A stretch of 64,000 nt of DNA. Origin: Adineta vaga (taxonomy: Eukaryota > Animalia > Rotifera). Position 1 is the first letter of the stretch; the number at the start of each line of letters is the position of its first letter. Where the stretch lies: positions 14,136,001 to 14,200,000 of the forward strand of contig CP075495.1 of assembly GCA_021613535.1 (NCBI GenBank), written 5' to 3'. Below are positions 57,096 to 64,000 of this stretch, piece after piece. The notes beneath the pieces are model-generated. The model worked only from the letters and a program-made list of their open reading frames with translations, was not told the origin of the DNA and did not search any database. Both the position numbers and the translations under genes were made by a program.

Positions 57096-60000
57096 TCAAA
57101 TATTAACAATATTATCTCGTATGAAGGTCAACCATTTTATTAGAAACAAATGATCTAACGAAGGAAATTCCATTGCAGTCGAGACATCAGATATATATTG
57201 TCTGGCAGATATGTTATGAAATTCATTGAATGAATTACTACATAATAATCCTTCAGCTGCTTCTAATTGCGAATTTTGATCAGATATTGTTTTTAATTTT
57301 ATTTGCCATTCTTCTAGAGAATTATGTTCTAATGGAATATTACATAGATACATAGATTCGATAATATCTGCAAAGACTATCTTGGTATTTGGATTTAGAA
57401 TATGATACACTTTTCCATTGGTGTCCGGCTGAAGAGAACTCAGATAGACAATGCTTTTCGCAGTAAAATCAACAGGTAGTGCTTGAAAACGAGAATTAAT
57501 AATTGTATATGGATAAGAACTGGTCTTCATCATTGCACTGAATAGTAGTGTATGAAGATCAGTTCGATTACAAGCACCTGTTTTCATACTAGCACATATC
57601 GATCCAAGACGATAGATAACAACAGGTAAACCTAAATCACTCGCTCTGGTGATAAGCTTTTCTGAGACCCATTTACTCTGTGCATATCCATTATTTAAAC
57701 CATTTGGAGAAATTTGATTGATCGATACTTCATCATTGATACCATTTGATAGAACACTGATTGTTGAAATATAATGTACAGGTATACAAGTAGATTTATA
57801 AGTTGCTAGATGAATAATTTCATAAGTACCTCTAACATTCGAATCATAGAGTTTACTGTATGGTAGAATGAAATTTACTGCAGCAGCACAATGATAGATA
57901 ATATCGACTTCGTTGGCAAGAGCTTCGTACAATTCGTTATCTAATCCAAAACGTGGTTTTGATAAATCACCTTGTAATGGTATAATTCGTTCTTGAAATT
58001 CATCTTTCCATATCTGATAAAAAAGCATATTCTGTCGAATTCGATTCAGAGCAGTGATGCATGAGTCACATCGTACTAAACAGATAAATTTACAATCTAA
58101 AGGATAGTTCATTAGAAGTTCAGCTAATAGAAAAGCACCGACAAATCCAGTTGTTCCTGTAATAAAGATCATGGAAGGAGACGTAGCTGTAGTTTTGCAT
58201 TTACCAACAGTGATATTTAAGTTTAATTGAGCATCATTCAGTAATTGTGAAACGAAATAATTCGACATCGATGCGATTTTTGTAGGATTTTCGATTAGAG
58301 TTACTAATTGGAAGAGTCATATCAGGTTTTAAAAGTATATCGATTGGTATTGATATTCCTAGATCATTCTCAATTTTACGTGATAGACGAATTGTTGTCA
58401 ATGAATCACCACCTGTCGGAAGAAAATTATTGTTTTCTCCATCATTGACTAATGATTGTTGTGTAGTTGTTTCAACGATAGATTTCAGTTGTTGTTTGAT
58501 GTTATTCAATTGTTTTAATCGATGATGATAATGTGCAGCTAGTTTATGACGACAAAGTTTAAATGTAGAAGTAAGTAAACCATTTTCAACTGTAAATGGT
58601 TCACAATCAATCAATACTCGAGATGGTATTTCATGTTTTCGAAGTAATTCTTTTTCAGCTATAGAACGAAGATCTTGTAGAATGGTTTCGCAAAATTTTG
58701 AGTTCGCGTTGTCAATATCAAAATCTTCTATGTCATGTTTCAATGCATACGCTTTTGCATATGCATGATTAGGTACAATGACAGCAACAACAGAATCTGC
58801 TAGAAGATCGCCATGAATGTAAATTTGTTCAACAAAATGACTTTGAATAAAGACATTCTCAAGAGAATCTGGCGAAATAAATTGTCCTTGTGATAATTTA
58901 AAAAAATTCTTTTTCCGATCAATCACATTAACATGACGTTTGTCGAATGGAAGATAAACTATTTCGACAATATCACCAGTACGAAAGAATCCATCTTCTG
59001 TAAAAGCTGCTTGAGTTTCTTCAGGATTGTTAAAATATCCAGAAAACATCTCATTAGTTTTGACGCATAATTCTCCTCGAGGATATGGTTGATCATCAAC
59101 TGTATAACCCATTTCTGGAACAGATATTAGGCGATATTGTAATGTGCTATCAATAATATTGTCTTTTGCAATACTTCCACATTCAGTGATTCCATAGGAT
59201 TCATTCACATAACAGTGTTTAAAACATTTCGTCATGAAATCAAAAACAGCTACACTTATCTTAGCCCCACCAGTAGAGATTAATTTACATCTTGTTGGAA
59301 TGGCTTCAAAAGTCGATCTTCTTCTGCTTTAGCAGCTTCTGATGAAAGATAAGATGTTGTTAGTGATAAAGTTGCCATGAATTCTGCATAGAATTTATTC
59401 CATATTGCAGGTGTTGCAGAAAAAATTGTTGGTCGTACTAATGCTAATTCTTCTACGAAACGAGACATATCTCCTGTCGAAAATCCAGTTCTTCCTCCAC
59501 ATAAAAAAGTTCGTATAACAGCATCCCGACCAGTCGCCCATGCTAATGGTTCATAACAAAAATTGATGTAATCAAAAGATAATGGACGACAAAATTTTGA
59601 GAACATAATTCGGTAAATGCTTTCTGATATTATGGCACCTTTAGGAAGACCTGAACTTCCACTTGTATATGTAATTGTGAAACATTCATTTGGATCAATA
59701 TTAACTGTTGGGTACTGTTTATCGATGCCATACGTTTCAATATCATTCATATAATGAATGGACAAATCATTGTTTACCATGTCTACAAAAATTAGACAGT
59801 CAATCATTTTGTCAATAGAATTCTGTAAATCTTACTTAATATTTTGTCAGAAATGGATTCTATACATATAATATGACGAAGACATGGACATTGACTATAC
59901 AAATGAATGAATCTCAACAGCATTTTTATATCACAAACAACTATCGATAACTTTGTATGATTAATAATATAAACAAGCTCACGATCGTTGAAAAAACAAT

Positions 60001-60487
60001 AGATTGGTACACTAATTATATTCTGCATAATACATGCAAAATCAACAATGACCCATTCTGGTTGATTCTTTGCACAGATGCCAAGATAACTACGTGCTTC
60101 TACTAAAGTTCGTAATCCATTTCCAAAGTTTTTCACACGATTATTTACTGTTTCATAGGTTAACCAAGAGTATGTGTCTGTATACAACAATGGATTAACT
60201 AGATCAACATCACGTGCACCTAAACAATGCCGATCACGATACATAGTTGCAGCGATTTGTATATTATTAGCCATGGTTGTACTTGCATAATTTTCTGATT
60301 TTTCTTCAAGTCGATATGCGAGTTCACGCATCAATCGATGACGATGTGGTGGATTCAATGTTCTAGTACATCCATCACATAAATCATAATTCTCACAAAC
60401 AGTACACGTGAATCGAAACTCACCATGATTTAATACACGATCACATCGATCACAATTCCAACTGGATGATTGCGGTGTAGCTATCAT
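57096..60487 (-). pseudogene. ZZ-finger fused carboxylic acid reductase (NRPS-like A-T-R); one intron and two frameshifts
   Basis: ZZ: CDRC..RFTCTVCENYDLCDGC..HRH. A domain: YTSGSSGLPKG, ESYGITECG, YRLISVPEMGY..PYPRGEL, GFFRTGD, DRKKNFFKLSQG. T domain: GGDSL. R domain: ITGTTGFVGAFLL, GYAQSKWVSE. Intron 59783-59835; frame breaks near 59305 and 58310. Confidence 0.85.
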
Positions 60488-60843
60488 ATTTATATTAATC
60501 TTAAATAAAGTCGAAAACTATGAATGAACAAAGAATATCTCGAAACAAATATGCATTAACTTTCGAAATAATCAACTATACTTACTATCAATGTCATTTG
60601 CTTTTATTTTCCTTTTTCGACAAATGATTGTGAAAGACATACTCTACAGAGTGATTCATCGCTTTGTCATCGACAAACATGTCATTCTGTGAAAATAGAA
60701 TGAATGATGTCTATGTTAAGAGCAAATATTACGAATAGGAGTGATTTCATAGAATATAGTATTGTTCTTGATACAATTAGATTTATTATAAATAACATAT
60801 TTCAAATTATATACAGAAAAAGAAAAACGATACTCTTTTTATT

Positions 60844-62345
60844 TTATTTTTTACAGCATCGTATTTGATGAATAAATAAGTTTGCTTTAGGTAGAAGAAT
60901 ATCACATGTTGGACATTTAGCATAATTCAATTTATGTTCATCATCATGAGATACAGTCGGCAGACATTGTTTCGGTGAAGTTGTACCGATTGATTTCTTT
61001 ATTTCAGGTTGTTTAATAGTAGTAGTCGACGATGCAGAAGAATTCGTTTTTTTAAAGAAAGTTTCAATAGATCCTTGTTTTGGTATTGCACTTGTTGTTG
61101 CTGTTTTTTTCTTTTTCTTAGATGGTGATGATGAAACTAAAAGAACAAGATCATTTGTATTATTTTGATATCCTAAATTCAAAAAACGATATTTATTTTT
61201 ACTTGTTGATGGTTGACTTTCATTTTTATTCGATGAGATTTCAGTCGCATTTCGTTTCTTATTTGCTTTAGCTTTATAATCATCTGGTTCTTTTACTTTT
61301 TCAAATTTACCACCACAACGTTTTTCATGTTCATCTGAAAGTGAAATAATAAATTATCAAATTATTCGATGCTATTAAAATGATAACACATACCCCACCA
61401 TCGATCTCTATTTGATGGTGCTCGATTCATGGAACGTTTAACATAACCATAGAAAGGTTTCCATTGACGACATGTTCCCGTACATCGCCACCAATGACCA
61501 TGAAGATGATCATATTCATCATGAAACGAATGATAAACCTTAACGAATACCGATAATTCAACTTTTATATTACATAAAAGAATCTCATATTACGGTGATA
61601 TTAGCACCAGTTGCAGTGTTGATTCGAACCATGTGTTTGAGAAATTCGGGTCCATGACCATCACGATCCTATGAAAATAATATTATAAACTTAAGAAGAT
61701 GAAAATTCACGTTACTTACTCGATTATTATGCGTTACAAACAGATAAGCATGGATCATTTCGTGCTAAGAAGAAACAATAAAAAACAAGGTTTACTTTTC
61801 TACACAAAAAAAAAAGTTTCACTCACTAATAATGTTTCAACAAGATCTTTTCGAGGTCGTAATGTTAAATAACTTGCACTAAGAGCAATTCGACATTCAC
61901 CACCTCGCCTATAATAACAAATACCTGCACATCTATAAGGAAAAAGGTATAAATTCTTTGAAATAAATACAAACAAGATAGTATATATTTTACCGAGTCA
62001 TTCGTTTACTCCATTCGACATAGACACTATCTAGTTTACTATAGAAAAATTGATGATTATATTGTTGAAATAATATATGAATATTCGGATTTGGATCAGT
62101 TAATTCCCACTGATGATCAACGACATTCATTGGATGAATCTAGATAAATATTTAAATAGATCCTAGAGAATTTTTGCAACGAATTATTAAGGAAAAACCT
62201 GAGTAATTTTATTCAATTGTCCTTCATTTTCTTTTTCTTCATTGTCAAACTGATTTTGTAATTGAAGTGCAATAAGAAAATCTTCATCGTTACTATGATC
62301 ATCGAAATCATTTTCCATTGATGAAGATGCTTCGAAATAAGTCAT
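60844..62345 (-). CDS. SPRTN: SprT-family DNA-protein crosslink protease Spartan
   Basis: VVDHQWELTDPNPNI..VEWSKRMTRCAGIC..LRPRKDLVETLLHEMIHAYLFV..DGHGPEF..HWWRCTG; PIP box QGSIETFF; C-terminal UBZ-like CPTC..H..C. Confidence 0.93.
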
Positions 62346-62628
62346 TGTTTCTACCTGTCACTTGATTAGAACATGTTTCAGACAATCAATAAATAAATAA
62401 AAATACATTTATATGTTATGTAAAACACATACATGAGTCATCGTTATTTTTTCTATCGAACATGTGCTTTAAAAATGTCACATAGAAATGTAGAACGATA
62501 GAAGGCGTGCGCCGTAGGCAAGCAATAACAACAACACGAATGACTCAATATTTCTTTCGTTTTATTAATTAAGAGATAAAATAAGAATATTTATTATCAT
62601 ATTTATATACATGTAAATGATAATATGC

Positions 62629-64000
62629 TTAATTTGGATTTGCTAGTGCAGCAATCTCCGATGTATCAAGTGCACGACTCCACATTTTAAATTCATCAAT
62701 ACTGCCATAATATGGTTGTGCTTGTATAACTGTTCCATTCCTACCTGCCAAAGGATTGCCTAAAGTTACGAAGATAGGCGGTGTTTCTATTGTTGGCATA
62801 TATTCAGTTCCAGGACCCGGTACCGAAATTTGAAGTGAACCATTGTAATAAAGCGAGACGTTATTTTGAGAAAAGCTGAAAGTGAAAGCTATGTGACTCC
62901 ATTCATTAACAGGGATAGTCGTCGGTGCTTCAAGTGTGAATGATGTTGGGAGTTCTGCTATTATATTGCCTGATGCACTCAAGCCTAAATAAGGTCGTGC
63001 TTGAGATGTGTCATTGATACCCGTAGTTCCAGATAAATAAATCAGTACACAATCACGCAATAAATATGGTAAAATGAAAAATGTAAAGGAAAAATCACTG
63101 TAAGAAGTTGTAAGACTAGTCATACCATGTGTCTAAAAATTAAAATTATTAGATAAAACTGATGTATAAATATGAATGAAAGATAAATACCTGAAAGTAT
63201 GTAACATTGGTAGATATAGAGAATCCATCACCTACACGACCTGCTGTATTGTACATACTACCTGTAATGACTCCATTGTTTTCATACGGTCCTGAATCTA
63301 AATTTACTTGAGGATTTGTAAATGAAAAAGAAGAAAATAAGGATGCATCGTTTGATATTTCACATAAAGATTTAATACGTGTCGTTATAGATACATGATC
63401 AATTTGACCTTCGAAAAATTCTGACGTTCCATATAATGATCCAATATAGAATGAACTATTCTCCGTGGAAACAAGTGTCACATCAAATGTAGAATCTAGT
63501 TTGCCATTAATATAAATTTCTTGTTTTCCTAGATTATGATTATAGATCAGAGCAATATGATACCATCTATTCATCCCAAGATGGGTTCCACTAGAACGTA
63601 GTTCTTCCGAGATAGAGACAATACCATTGGTACCAACACGTAAGGTTAAGTCATTTTGTGATATCAATATCATACTGAAATCAGGAGTGGTCGGACGAAT
63701 CCATAATTCAATAGTAAAACTGGTAGAAGACAAACTAATGTAAGGTACTACAATGTGTGATGAACTTCCAACTGCAAGATGAATAGCCGCATTGATATAT
63801 CCATTATTATCGATGAGAGCACCATTCATCATTGTTCCATGATAAGATCCTTTAGCATCGGTTGCATCATGATCAAAACGCCAGAGTGCTATAAGATCAG
63901 TATCGAATGAAGGAAACTCACCAGTTACACAGGTCGTGGCTAAAATAAAAATAAAAATGAAATATCATTTTAAAACGTTGTTCAATACAAACGTGTTTCG
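62629..64000 (-). CDS. Tandem LamG/concanavalin A-like (Laminin_G_3) domain protein, 3' part
   Basis: LIALWRFD, SFTIELWIRP, WYHIALIYN..IYINGKLD..YIG..FFEGQIDHV; second repeat WSHIAFTF..LYYNG..YYGSIDEFKMWSRAL..EI..LA. Confidence 0.85.

Noticed and set aside
57096-60487. Bacterial contamination explaining the CAR gene
   Set aside because: It has a spliceosomal intron, host-like AT content and a eukaryotic ZZ domain, and lies between intron-rich SPRTN and MYBBP1A.

Overview
AT-rich, gene-dense eukaryotic (animal) DNA with many 50-65 bp GT-AG introns. Together with a spliced bacterial-type NRPS-like gene, this best fits a bdelloid rotifer (inferred from sequence style, not verified). The ORF track is mostly single exons, so genes were reassembled by hand. 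From 1-18 kb: the 3' end of MRG15, a claudin-family tetraspan carrying four LDL-receptor class A repeats inside its first loop, NIM1K, RPL26, ATP6AP1, an orphan with D-box/KEN-like motifs, and a CDK1 with PATAIRE. From 19-39 kb: an unstable island with two intact tandem-repeat galectins, two broken galectin copies, two SGT1-like co-chaperone paralogs lacking the SGS domain, a pseudo-copy of one of them, MITEs and decayed fragments. It is flanked by a secreted protein made only of a cholesterol-dependent-cytolysin domain-4-like module. From 42-64 kb: eight tightly packed minus-strand genes (LamG-repeat protein, SPRTN, ZZ-finger carboxylic acid reductase with two frameshifts, MYBBP1A, ATE1, UBE2G1, senataxin-like helicase, MTRES1), 98-356 bp apart, each with an AG acceptor shortly before its ATG. 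The best leads are the claudin-LDLa chimera, the standalone cytolysin-D4 protein, the galectin/SGT1 island, the ZZ-CAR fusion and the operon-like cluster. All homology calls come from remembered motifs; no searches were run.
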